A stretch of DNA of 64,000 bases from Candidatus Heimdallarchaeota archaeon (lineage in GTDB: Archaea > Asgardarchaeota > Heimdallarchaeia > Heimdallarchaeales > Heimdallarchaeaceae), in assembly GCA_030603365.1 (NCBI GenBank), contig JAUVXV010000001.1, forward strand, positions 96,001 to 160,000, written 5' to 3'. The notes under the pieces are model-generated. The model made no database searches. It saw nothing but the letters and a program-made list of their open reading frames with translations, and was not told the DNA's origin. The position numbers were made by a program, and so were the translations under genes. Below, in pieces: positions 28,094 to 37,256 of the stretch. Each line of letters opens with the position of its first letter. Positions within the stretch are counted from its first letter, which is position 1.

Positions 28094-28118
28094 AATACAA
28101 AACAAACAAAGTGATAAC

Positions 28119-28562
28119 ATGTCATTTCGCCATTTAGTTAGGATAAAGTCTACTGATCTTGAAGGATATCTTACTGTTACTTTGGGACTATCAAAAATCT
28201 CTGGAGTAAATAGAAGATTAGCTGAAGCAATTGTGCGAACTTTAAAGATACCTATGTCTGAACGCGTAGGTTTTCTTACCGATGCTACTATAAAGGAAAT
28301 AGAGCGCATTATTAGTGACCCTACTTCAGCTGGAATCCCAGCTTGGTTAGTAAATAGAAGGAAAGATCGTCAAACCGGTGACGATTTACACATTACTGAA
28401 GCACAACTTATCTTGCAAACTAAGCAAGATGTTGAAAGATACATACGTATTCGTAGTCGTAGAGGAATTAGACACCAATTCAAACTCAAAGTTAGAGGTC
28501 AAAGAACCAGAACTCATGGTCAGCGAGGAACTACTGTGGGTGTCTCAAAGAAGAAAAGATAA
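28119..28562 (+). CDS. rps13: 30S ribosomal protein uS13
   Basis: Start ATG 28119 after GTGAT; IPAWLVNRRKD, RGIRH, VRGQRTRT. Confidence 0.97.
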   Translation: MSFRHLVRIKSTDLEGYLTVTLGLSKISGVNRRLAEAIVRTLKIPMSERVGFLTDATIKEIERIISDPTSAGIPAWLVNRRKDRQTGDDLHITEAQLILQTKQDVERYIRIRSRRGIRHQFKLKVRGQRTRTHGQRGTTVGVSKKKR

Positions 28563-28572
28563 GGTGGATTGA

Positions 28573-29658
28573 ATGGGTGGAATACGAAGACAAAGAAAGA
28601 AAATTATGACTCCTGGTCATCCTTATGATAAAATTCGTATTGATCAGGAATTACCTTTAGTTGGAGAATACGGTTTAAGAAACAAAAAAGAACTGTGGAA
28701 AGCAAGAACTGTTCTATCTAAGGCTAGACAACAAGCTCGTGCTTTACTTGCACTTCCAGCAGATGTGAGAAAGCAACGAGAAAACGAATTACTATTTCGT
28801 TTAGCTAATCTTGGTGTGCTTCCTCCAGGTAGCGACCTTGACTCTGTTCTAGCGCTAGAGGTTCGTACTGTGTTGAATAGACGACTGCAAACCATAGTGT
28901 TTAGAAAAGGGCTCGCAAGTTCGCCTTATCAAGCAAGACAGTTTATTGCGCATAGACATATTGCTATTGAAAGAGCTGTTGTTACCTCTCCAGGACGTCT
29001 TATTAAAATCAATGAAGAAGAAAATATTGACTATGCTCCCCTATCTCCTATGCTAGAGAAATCACATCCTGCTAGACCTCAAGCACCTCCTGTTAGTGAT
29101 GAAGTGCCTCTTGAGAAGAAGGAAGTTCCTAAGAAGGAAGCTCCTAAACCCGAAGTTAAACCAGCTAAACCTGTTCCTAAGAAGGAAGTTGAAGCTCCTA
29201 AACCCGAAGTTAAACCAGCTAAACCTGTTCCTAAGAAAGAAGCTCCTAAACCTGAAGTTAAACCAGGCAAACCTGTTCCTAAGAAAGAAGCTCCTAAACC
29301 TGAAGTTAAACCAGGCAAACCTGTTCCTAAGAAGGAAGTTGAAGCTCCTAAACCTGAAGTTAAACCAGCTAAACCTGTTCCTAAGAAGGAAGTTGAAGCT
29401 CCTAAACCCGAAGTTAAAGCTGAACCTAAACCTCCAGCTAAACCTAAGGTTTCCAAAGTGGATGTTTCTGAAATAAAAGGCGTTGGAGCTAAAACTGCTA
29501 TGCTTTTGAAAGAGAATGGTTTTGATACTGTTAATAAAATTGCTTCTTCTTCTGACGAAGCTTTATCTAAAGTTCCAGGCATCGGTCCTGCTACTGCTAA
29601 AGCTATGATTAGTGAAGCAAAGAACATTCTGACCAAAGCTAAGGAGAAATCCAAGTAG
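28573..29658 (+). CDS. rps4: 30S ribosomal protein uS4 with Pro/Lys repeat linker and C-terminal HhH domain
   Basis: [28 protein letters not shown]; tail IKGVG...VPGIG. Confidence 0.95.
   Translation: MGGIRRQRKKIMTPGHPYDKIRIDQELPLVGEYGLRNKKELWKARTVLSKARQQARALLALPADVRKQRENELLFRLANLGVLPPGSDLDSVLALEVRTVLNRRLQTIVFRKGLASSPYQARQFIAHRHIAIERAVVTSPGRLIKINEEENIDYAPLSPMLEKSHPARPQAPPVSDEVPLEKKEVPKKEAPKPEVKPAKPVPKKEVEAPKPEVKPAKPVPKKEAPKPEVKPGKPVPKKEAPKPEVKPGKPVPKKEVEAPKPEVKPAKPVPKKEVEAPKPEVKAEPKPPAKPKVSKVDVSEIKGVGAKTAMLLKENGFDTVNKIASSSDEALSKVPGIGPATAKAMISEAKNILTKAKEKSK
29116..29420 (+). repeat. 48/54-nt coding tandem repeat ((EV)EAPKPEVKP(A/G)KPVPKK), about 6 copies
   Basis: Near-identical GAAGCTCCTAAACCYGAAGTTAAACCAG... 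units. Confidence 0.93.
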
Positions 29659-29666
29659 GTGATTGT

Positions 29667-30341
29667 ATGAGTGAAGAAAAAGCTAAAACTAAACAAGAAG
29701 AAAAGAAGGAAGCAAAGCCGGATAAGAAGTCAGATAAGAAGTCAGATAAGAAAGCTGACGCTAAAGAAGACAAGAAAACTGACGCTAAAGAAGACAAGAA
29801 AACTGACGCTAAAGAAGACAAGAAAACTGATACTAAAGAAGACAAGAAAACTGACGCTAAAGAAGACAAGAAAACTGAAGCTAAAGAGGAAACAAAGCCA
29901 GAAACAACAAGAGAAGATTCTAGAAGATCAGAAGCAAGATCTCGAACCTCTAGAAGAGACTCTAAATATGGTGTCGCTCACATCTTTTCCAGTTACAACG
30001 ATACAATCGTTCATATCACCGATATCTCAGGCGCAGAAACATTCAGCCGTAAAAGCGGAGGAATGTTTGTGAAAGCTGACAGAAATGAGTCCAGCCCATA
30101 CGCAGCAATGAAAGCAGCAAACGCAGCAGCAATGGAAGCACAAAGTAAAGGAGTGTACCAACTGTATGTGAGATATAGGGCACCAGGAGGACATAAAAAT
30201 AGAACTCCAGGACCAGGAACACAAGCAGCACTAAGAGCACTGAAAAGATCAGGAATGAGAATACTAAGACTAGAAGACGTGACCCCACTTCCTCATGATG
30301 GGTGTAGGAGGAAGGGGGGCAGACGTGGTCGTCGAATGTAA
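29667..30341 (+). CDS. rps11: 30S ribosomal protein uS11 with N-terminal charged repeat extension
   Basis: [48 protein letters not shown]. Confidence 0.97.
   Translation: MSEEKAKTKQEEKKEAKPDKKSDKKSDKKADAKEDKKTDAKEDKKTDAKEDKKTDTKEDKKTDAKEDKKTEAKEETKPETTREDSRRSEARSRTSRRDSKYGVAHIFSSYNDTIVHITDISGAETFSRKSGGMFVKADRNESSPYAAMKAANAAAMEAQSKGVYQLYVRYRAPGGHKNRTPGPGTQAALRALKRSGMRILRLEDVTPLPHDGCRRKGGRRGRRM
29721..29885 (+). repeat. 12-nt (DKKS, about x3) then 24-nt (DAKEDKKT, about x5) coding tandem repeats
   Basis: GATAAGAAGTCA and CTGACGCTAAAGAAGACAAGAAAA units. Confidence 0.93.
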
Positions 30342-30378
30342 TCTCTCCTTTTTTATTTCTTTTTTCATTTTCATTTTT
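30342..30378 (+). terminator. T-rich terminator after rps11
   Basis: TCTCTCCTTTTTTATTTCTTTTTTCATTTTCATTTTT. Confidence 0.55.
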
Positions 30379-30429
30379 GTATTATTTGAGTTTATAATCT
30401 AATTTCTGTATTGAATGAATGAATATTAG

Positions 30430-30816
30430 ATGAATAGTGATTCAGAAACCATATTACATGTCTGTGACATTTGTCAGAAATCTTTCAAGCGGAGATATTA
30501 CTTGAATAGGCACATTGATGCTGTACATGAAAATCAAAAGGTTTTTAGATGCTCATATTGTAATTTTCAGACTTCAAGGAAAGATGCTTTGGATAGACAT
30601 GTTAATCAAATCCATATAACAAGCAGAGTTCATAAATGCAAAAAATGCGGGGAAACATTCAAGCAAATAGGAAATCTCTATAGACACACCAATACTGTGC
30701 ATACAACTGAAAAGAGATTTCAATGTAAAGACTGTTTTTCTTCTTTCTCAAGAAAAGATAATCTAGAGAGACACATAAAGAAATTTCACACATCAACCAT
30801 ATCAGAGGAATATTGA
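30430..30816 (+). CDS. C2H2 zinc-finger protein, 4 tandem fingers
   Basis: Four CxxC-x12-H-x4-H units with classical spacing. Confidence 0.92.
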   Translation: MNSDSETILHVCDICQKSFKRRYYLNRHIDAVHENQKVFRCSYCNFQTSRKDALDRHVNQIHITSRVHKCKKCGETFKQIGNLYRHTNTVHTTEKRFQCKDCFSSFSRKDNLERHIKKFHTSTISEEY

Positions 30817-31988
30817 GTATGAGCTCCTCTACGAAATCTAGTTTTGAATGTGAAATTTGTGGAAAAATACTCTCGAGAAAAGATTTACTTACACGTCATA
30901 TTAAGTCTGTACATCAAAAAATTAAATATCCATGTCCTGAATGCTCCTATGTTGCTAACAGACAAGATTATCTAAAACGTCATATGAATGAAGTGCATCT
31001 TAACCTTCGTTCTTATGTTTGTGAGTTCTGTGGGATGAAGTTTAATCAATCTGGAACTATGAACAGACATATAACAACAGTTCATAAGAAAGAGAGAAAT
31101 TATAACTGCCCTGAATGTGAACCTGTTTTTTCTCGTAAGGATCAGCTTCAAAGACACATAAGAGCTGTCCATCTAAATCTTCGACCTTATATCTGTAAAG
31201 AGTGCGGTGCCTCCTTTAAGTTACCCAACCATTTGAAGCAACATCACATATCTATCCACACTAACCAACGTAAATATGTCTGTGAGGAATGTGGTTTTGC
31301 ATTTAAGTTATCACAGCATCTTAACGATCATATCAAGGTTGTTCATCAAAATCATCGTCCTTACGTGTGTGAAGAATGTGATGCTTCTTTTCCCCATGCT
31401 CGTAATCTTAAGTTACACATCATTGCTGTGCATACTGATGAGAAACCTTACGTTTGTGAAGATTGTGGTAGAGGTTTTGCTGATCCTAGTCATTTATATA
31501 AGCATAAACAAGCTGAAGCTTGTTGGTTTACAACTACTACTGCTTACAAATGGGAGGAACTCTGTAAAGAGATAGCAGAGGTTTTACTAGCTGATGAAGA
31601 TTGGAAGTGGAAACCTAAGATAGACACTCCTGAGCTAAAGAAACAGAGCTGGATTCAGCCTGAAATAATTGTATACTACGAAAATAATACGAAAAGAATC
31701 ATTGATGCTAAGAGATCTACTCAAGCGATATTCAAGGAGAAGGATCTGGTAGTATATCCAAAAGTGGCTGAGAAAGTGGAGTTCTGGTGCCTCTATGGTA
31801 AAACTGAGGGAATGTTTGATGAAAAGGAGGAGATGGAGGCTAAGGGTAGTGAGGAGATTATTGCAGAGTTGAAGAAAAGGAAGAATAAAAGGAATAAGAA
31901 TTTGATTGGCAATCTGATAATGAAGGTTGAGATGCTAAAGAAAGGATTAGAATTCAAAGGACAGAGATTACTTATTGATTCTTCCTAA
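30813..31988 (+). CDS. 8-finger C2H2 array (7 C2H2 + 1 C2HC) fused to a putative PD-(D/E)xK nuclease-fold domain
   Basis: Fingers with linkers such as TDEKPY; C-terminus WEELCKE...IQPEIIV...IIDAK. Confidence 0.8.
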   Translation: MSMSSSTKSSFECEICGKILSRKDLLTRHIKSVHQKIKYPCPECSYVANRQDYLKRHMNEVHLNLRSYVCEFCGMKFNQSGTMNRHITTVHKKERNYNCPECEPVFSRKDQLQRHIRAVHLNLRPYICKECGASFKLPNHLKQHHISIHTNQRKYVCEECGFAFKLSQHLNDHIKVVHQNHRPYVCEECDASFPHARNLKLHIIAVHTDEKPYVCEDCGRGFADPSHLYKHKQAEACWFTTTTAYKWEELCKEIAEVLLADEDWKWKPKIDTPELKKQSWIQPEIIVYYENNTKRIIDAKRSTQAIFKEKDLVVYPKVAEKVEFWCLYGKTEGMFDEKEEMEAKGSEEIIAELKKRKNKRNKNLIGNLIMKVEMLKKGLEFKGQRLLIDSS

Positions 31989-32025
31989 TAGTAATAATCA
32001 AAATATATGTAAATGATGAATCTTG

Positions 32026-34503
32026 TTATTCGTTGGATCTTCTTTCTTCTTCATATTTTTGTAGAAGCTGCCCAGCTTCATCAATTGTGCTTTTTATTTC
32101 ATCTGGATAAAAGGAGTAGAACTGTTCAGCTAACTTGAACCATTTTCTCAATTCACTGAAAGGAATTTCAGTTTGATGAATTAGTAATTTAATTACGAAA
32201 TATGGCATTTCACCGCCTTTTTGTGGTAGTTGCTCTCTCAAAGACCAAGCAGTTGTATAATCTTTTAGAGCATATTCAACATTCTCTAATTCTGCATGAA
32301 ACTGTGCTCGATTATAATGCACTAATGCATTTTTATCATTTAAAACTAGTATTTTATTAAGCTCGTCAAATGCTTTTTCCTTTTCATCTAAACCCCAAAG
32401 TGTAAGTCCCCTATTTAGAATTGCCTCTTCATTCTCTGGTTCTAATTCTATGACTTTTGTAAGTAAATCATGGGATTCTTTAAGTCTTCCCAGCCTTAAT
32501 AATAGGGTTCCTTTGTTATTATAAGCTGTTGCATAGTTTGGATTTACTCTTATTGCACTATCATAATCTCTAAGTGCTCTGTTTGAATCTCCGCGTCTAG
32601 TATATTCTAGTGCTCTATTATTATAAGGATCCACATATTCAGAATCTAGTTCAATTGCTTTATTGTAGTCTTCCAATGCTCTTTCATACTGTTCTAAATG
32701 ATATAACACTCTACCTCTATTGTTGTATGCTATGGGGTCATTTTCATTAAGCTTAATTGCTTTATTATAATCATTTAAAGATTCAGCATGCTTTCCTGTA
32801 TCATCTAATACTTTACCACGATTAATATAGGCTTTTGTGAAATTGGGGTCTATTTCTAACGCCTTATTGAAATCATTAAATGCATCATCGTATCTTTTTA
32901 GATTTGAATAAACAATGCCTCTGTTGTTGTATGTGCTTGCGTTATTTGGATTTAGTGCAATTGCATTATCACACAATCGTAAAGCTGTTTCCCAATCACC
33001 AGTTCTTATATAAATAACTGATTTATTATTGTAAGGATCAGAGTTACTTGCATCGAGTTCTATAGCTTTATCATAATCTTCAATTGCTGAAGAAATGTTT
33101 CCAGTTTTTTGGTTTGCATTTCCTCTATTGTTGTAAATCCCTGAATTATTAGGATCTAAATCTATTCCTAAATTGTAATCTTCTATTGCTTTGTCAAAAT
33201 CCCCAAGCTTTTCGTATACATATCCTCTGTTGGAATAATAGTATGGAATACCGTCCTCTAAACCTATAGCTTTAGAAAGAACCTCAAGTGCCTTTTCATC
33301 AAAATTCAGTTTTAAGTAAGTAGCTGCCAATGAATTCAAATAATTTGATGATTCTTCTTTCTCAAAAAAAGACACCATAAAATTGAGATCCTCTATTAGA
33401 ACTTGTTTTTCTTCAGGATAATCCCATATTACTCTTTGCAAATAGATTTCAGGTATGATGATTTTTTCATCTTTAACTCTGTAGAAATCAGCAAGTTTTA
33501 GGTCAGTATAAATCTCTCTCCATTGATTTCCAACGGAAAAATGCTCTCTTGCAACTGTAGATAACAAAAGAACTGGAGGATTAAATATATTGGATATAAC
33601 AAAAATCTTTATTGCTTTAAGGAAATTTTTCTGTTTAGAATTCAAATTGTTATATTTCTTCTTTTTTGATACAGTGTCAAATACCAAATCACCAGGTTCT
33701 CCACTGTAATTGTCAATTTCAGTTTTTATTTCTAATAAGTCAGCTAGAATTCTCCATTCTGTTTTTGTTAATTCTGGTATCTCTACTCTATAAGGAAATA
33801 GTTTTTCGATATCGTCTCTTTCATCTAGAAATGCGTCTCTTCTAGCAATTGTTTTACCAGCAAGAAACCACTCTTCTGATTGGCAAGTACATATTAATTG
33901 GATATGACTAGAAATTTTCCTGTATTTCTGAATTACAGCATTTAAACTTGTACCTTCATTCAGAAGTTTTACCGTTATTTTATCTATATCATCAAATAAA
34001 AGAATGATGAAATTCCATTTCTTCATGAAGAAGTTGCGATAGGTTTTTTGATTGAAATCACTATCTTTATTCAATAAAATCAGTTTCGCTTTTTGAAAGC
34101 ATTTTGTTGTATTATCAACTTTCGCTTTATCTATTACTAATTTGCGAATAACTTCAATAGATGTTCTTGTTTTACCTCTAGCAATTGGAGCAACTACTCT
34201 AACATCATTTCCTCTTTTAAGTCTAGAGTATAATTCTCTCTCTCTTTTGTCAATAGAGACATATCTGGAATCCCATTTATCGAAAAACAAGCTAGACAGT
34301 TTTCTTCTGATTCTTTTCTTCTTATCTATTTTCTTCTTGAGATATTTTGTTTTCAAAAAAATACCATTGTTTTTAAATTTAATATAGTTTAAAATGCTTT
34401 TAGTAGGTATTGCTAATAATGGTGTAAAAATAGCACCTAAAATCGATCCTATTATGGTTGATGTCCAGTCTCCCATTCTTGTATCCCTGATTTTGTTATT
34501 CAT
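32026..34503 (-). CDS. N-terminal TM + degenerate P-loop NTPase + long TPR array protein
   Basis: APIARGKT, LLFDDID; about 11 repeats of the YNNRG...A..DY.KAIELDP type. Confidence 0.85.
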   Translation of the reverse strand: MNNKIRDTRMGDWTSTIIGSILGAIFTPLLAIPTKSILNYIKFKNNGIFLKTKYLKKKIDKKKRIRRKLSSLFFDKWDSRYVSIDKRERELYSRLKRGNDVRVVAPIARGKTRTSIEVIRKLVIDKAKVDNTTKCFQKAKLILLNKDSDFNQKTYRNFFMKKWNFIILLFDDIDKITVKLLNEGTSLNAVIQKYRKISSHIQLICTCQSEEWFLAGKTIARRDAFLDERDDIEKLFPYRVEIPELTKTEWRILADLLEIKTEIDNYSGEPGDLVFDTVSKKKKYNNLNSKQKNFLKAIKIFVISNIFNPPVLLLSTVAREHFSVGNQWREIYTDLKLADFYRVKDEKIIIPEIYLQRVIWDYPEEKQVLIEDLNFMVSFFEKEESSNYLNSLAATYLKLNFDEKALEVLSKAIGLEDGIPYYYSNRGYVYEKLGDFDKAIEDYNLGIDLDPNNSGIYNNRGNANQKTGNISSAIEDYDKAIELDASNSDPYNNKSVIYIRTGDWETALRLCDNAIALNPNNASTYNNRGIVYSNLKRYDDAFNDFNKALEIDPNFTKAYINRGKVLDDTGKHAESLNDYNKAIKLNENDPIAYNNRGRVLYHLEQYERALEDYNKAIELDSEYVDPYNNRALEYTRRGDSNRALRDYDSAIRVNPNYATAYNNKGTLLLRLGRLKESHDLLTKVIELEPENEEAILNRGLTLWGLDEKEKAFDELNKILVLNDKNALVHYNRAQFHAELENVEYALKDYTTAWSLREQLPQKGGEMPYFVIKLLIHQTEIPFSELRKWFKLAEQFYSFYPDEIKSTIDEAGQLLQKYEEERRSNE

Positions 34504-34648
34504 ATAATGTTATGGTTTTTTCTTTTAAATATATAGCTTTCAATTCTGCTTTTAGGTTGTCTAAGTATCAATAGAACTTAGTTTGTTTCTATCATAACGA
34601 GAAAAAACTGATTTAAAACAGCACCCTCTATCCTTTCTATACGTATAA

Positions 34649-34705
34649 GGTGGCCGTAGAGGCCGCAAAATGTAAAATCTACATTTTTCACTTTTTTTAT
34701 TTTTT
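34649..34705 (+). repeat. Orphan copy of rps11 3' end (GGRRGRKM*) plus T-rich terminator; att-like scar
   Basis: GGT GGC CGT AGA GGC CGC AAA ATG TAA versus rps11 GGG GGC AGA CGT GGT CGT CGA ATG TAA. Confidence 0.8.
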
Positions 34706-34761
34706 ATAGAGTATTATAGGTATCAGTTTTACTTAAAAGCAATGGAAGTGTATACTTCTAT

Positions 34762-35685
34762 ATGTTTGATCAACCAACAAGATTGGATGTTCTAAAAAAA
34801 CTACAAGATTTACAATACCCTTATACTATAGAAAAGATGCTCCAAGAACGTAATGAAAGAATTCAATATTCAAAAAAATATAAGGGACCTTCCGCTAGGC
34901 ATCATTGTTATGAGAGAATAGAAAAATACGAAAAAAATATTGAACTACTAAAAAATATTAGAAACAAGTTCAAAGGAAAAGAAATGCTTTCAATAGCTTT
35001 CTCAGCAAATGAGACCGAAGAGGAGATTTTAAAGAAAGTAAAAAAAATCAAAAAAAGCAGCGGTTCAGAGGAGTCAACGGTTAAAGCAAACGTTTTTCTT
35101 GATAAAAAGAAGAAGACAATTATAAAAAGAGCCTTTGAAATTTCTCTCTATTTCTCCCAAGGGTATGAGATGTACAAAACATCAATTGATATGAATATCA
35201 GTTCTAGTCCGATTATCGAGTATTATGCAATTTTACAAATTATTAAAGCAATTATTCTTCTTGAACTTGATGTAGATTCACACGAATTTTTCGGTGCTCA
35301 TGGATTGGAAAGAAAGAAAAGCAAAGATGGCGGTTCTATATTGCAAGTGAAAACAAAAACCTTTGGAGTTTTTGCATCTTTACTGCTTCGGACTTGTGGT
35401 TTCTCATTTAAAAAAGATGGATCAAAAGAATACGAGCTAGATAAATATTATAATAATTATTATCCTAAATTTGAGGACTTAATTGATAAAGAATCGCTAT
35501 ATCTTAGCACACCTGAAGCATTTATCTTTATATGGATTTTATCAGAAATAGCCAGATACCAACCTGAGAAGTGGAAGGAAATTTGCTCTGGTAGAGACAA
35601 TGACTGGATTAAAACTATAAACAATTTCAGAGAAGAAGGTATTCCCAAATTTTTCTTTGATTTGTTAAACTTTTATTGTAATTAG
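34762..35685 (+). CDS. YaaC-like family protein
   Basis: SPIIEYYAILQIIKAIIL...HGL and LSEIARYQPEKW motifs. Confidence 0.7.
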   Translation: MFDQPTRLDVLKKLQDLQYPYTIEKMLQERNERIQYSKKYKGPSARHHCYERIEKYEKNIELLKNIRNKFKGKEMLSIAFSANETEEEILKKVKKIKKSSGSEESTVKANVFLDKKKKTIIKRAFEISLYFSQGYEMYKTSIDMNISSSPIIEYYAILQIIKAIILLELDVDSHEFFGAHGLERKKSKDGGSILQVKTKTFGVFASLLLRTCGFSFKKDGSKEYELDKYYNNYYPKFEDLIDKESLYLSTPEAFIFIWILSEIARYQPEKWKEICSGRDNDWIKTINNFREEGIPKFFFDLLNFYCN

Positions 35686-35760
35686 ATGAATATGTAATTT
35701 GCTTTGATCATATCCATTAGTAAAGGAATCCAAATTTAATTTCTAAATTTCTTAGATTTG

Positions 35761-36966
35761 TTAATTGTGCTTTCCTTCCACAATGTTGCTTAAATAATCT
35801 GAAATTTGCAATTTATCTTCAGAAGTGAAACTATAGTCTGTGATTTCTAAAAAGAAGTTACACATGTTCTCACTGAAATCTAATGGCTTTGAAAATGGAT
35901 AATCAGAGAGAATATATTTAACCATTTGAGGAGTAATATCAGCGAATCTCTTATCTTTCAAACAAGCAATGATAAAATCCTCAATATTCTTTGCAATTGA
36001 ATTATGGACTTTTTTAACTTTTATCAATTCAATTAGTGCATTATAGAGTCTAACAAATATGCTCAACTCTTCTGATACAATGTAAGGTTTAATTGGAAGA
36101 AATTTTTTCGTTTTATTTTCCTTCTTACCCTTTCCCTCATTCAACAATAAATTCACAATATCTGCTTCTATTTTTAAAGTTGTTTCGTACATTGGTGCAA
36201 ATTGCTTAACTAAGTTATAGAGAAATGAGATCGCTGTCCAATATTTGGCGATAAACTCACCAATTGAAAGTTTTAGCTTATAATTTCTTGACTTGAAGAA
36301 TATTGTACTTTTTGTATAATTTATGTCTAATTCATCATGTTCCAAATCATGATCTATTGCATTTCTTATAACAGGTTTCAAGTATCTCAGATACTCAGGT
36401 ATTGGAGACTGTTTCCAAGCTTCTTTGAAAAATTCAATTAACTTAAAATTACTAATATCCTTGGCTTTTGGATTTTCTTTTATTATCTTATCTAGAACTG
36501 GATTTGTACCAGTAGAGTATCTTTTGATATATTTAGCATAAAGGTTTCTAAGCATCTTATTTACTAGAAATTCAAAATAATCTTTGTAGAAATTGAGGAA
36601 TATTCTTAGCGCCTTGGGTTCAATATCAGTAAAGAGTTTCTTGAAAGGAACAGTCTTTTTTTTATTTTTCTCCTTTTTGTATGAAGGTAAGGACATAATG
36701 TATAATAAATCCCTCATTTTCTCTACATTGCTTTCAATATCTCCTGTTAAATCTCTTGGATCAATATTCTCAACTCCAGAACCCAGTATTTTTTCTATAT
36801 TTCTTTGGAAAAGAGGGGGTGGTGTATAATTCAATCTTTTAAACTCATCAATTATGAATGCAACACTATGAAAGAATTTTTCCAATTCCTCGTCTCGCCA
36901 AATGTCAATTTGCTCAGCTGGAACTCCCTCAAACCTTGAAAATGAAATTTCATATTGTGTTTCCAA
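35761..36966 (-). CDS. Hypothetical protein with HEPN-like RxxxxH motif
   Basis: 401 aa, helical; IRNAIDH. Confidence 0.6.
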   Translation of the reverse strand: METQYEISFSRFEGVPAEQIDIWRDEELEKFFHSVAFIIDEFKRLNYTPPPLFQRNIEKILGSGVENIDPRDLTGDIESNVEKMRDLLYIMSLPSYKKEKNKKKTVPFKKLFTDIEPKALRIFLNFYKDYFEFLVNKMLRNLYAKYIKRYSTGTNPVLDKIIKENPKAKDISNFKLIEFFKEAWKQSPIPEYLRYLKPVIRNAIDHDLEHDELDINYTKSTIFFKSRNYKLKLSIGEFIAKYWTAISFLYNLVKQFAPMYETTLKIEADIVNLLLNEGKGKKENKTKKFLPIKPYIVSEELSIFVRLYNALIELIKVKKVHNSIAKNIEDFIIACLKDKRFADITPQMVKYILSDYPFSKPLDFSENMCNFFLEITDYSFTSEDKLQISDYLSNIVEGKHN

Positions 36967-37256
36967 GCTGAATCTATCTTTATCGATTCTACGTAAGTTT
37001 CCAGGAGTGCATACTGTGAGGGAATAGAGATAATCCTAGTCTGTTTGTTTACTTTTTGTTGCATTTTTAGTGACACTAACTATTTATTTAAAATTAAAAC
37101 TAAATAAACAATTTGTAGAATTTAATAATATTCCATTATACTATACATTAAGTGAATAGAACGTAGAACGCAATTTTACATTTTACATTTTTCATTTTTC
37201 ATTTTTCTTTTGATTTGGTATTATTCTTATATATTGAAATAATCTACCATTTCTCA

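Noticed and set aside
27678-28109. Short ORFs overlapping tRNA-Ser
   Set aside because: Spurious frames across the tRNA and intergenic DNA.
28008-28118. 37-aa N-terminal extension of uS13
   Set aside because: Homology begins at MSFRH (28119), which has an SD; upstream sequence looks like a structured UTR.
12409-29885. Tandem repeats as possible CRISPR arrays
   Set aside because: Contiguous, in-frame, no unique spacers, and no cas genes in the window.
30430-31988. Zinc-finger genes as eukaryotic contamination
   Set aside because: Intronless, AT content like the flanks, contiguous with archaeal rps11 and arranged like an operon; read-level confirmation is still advisable.
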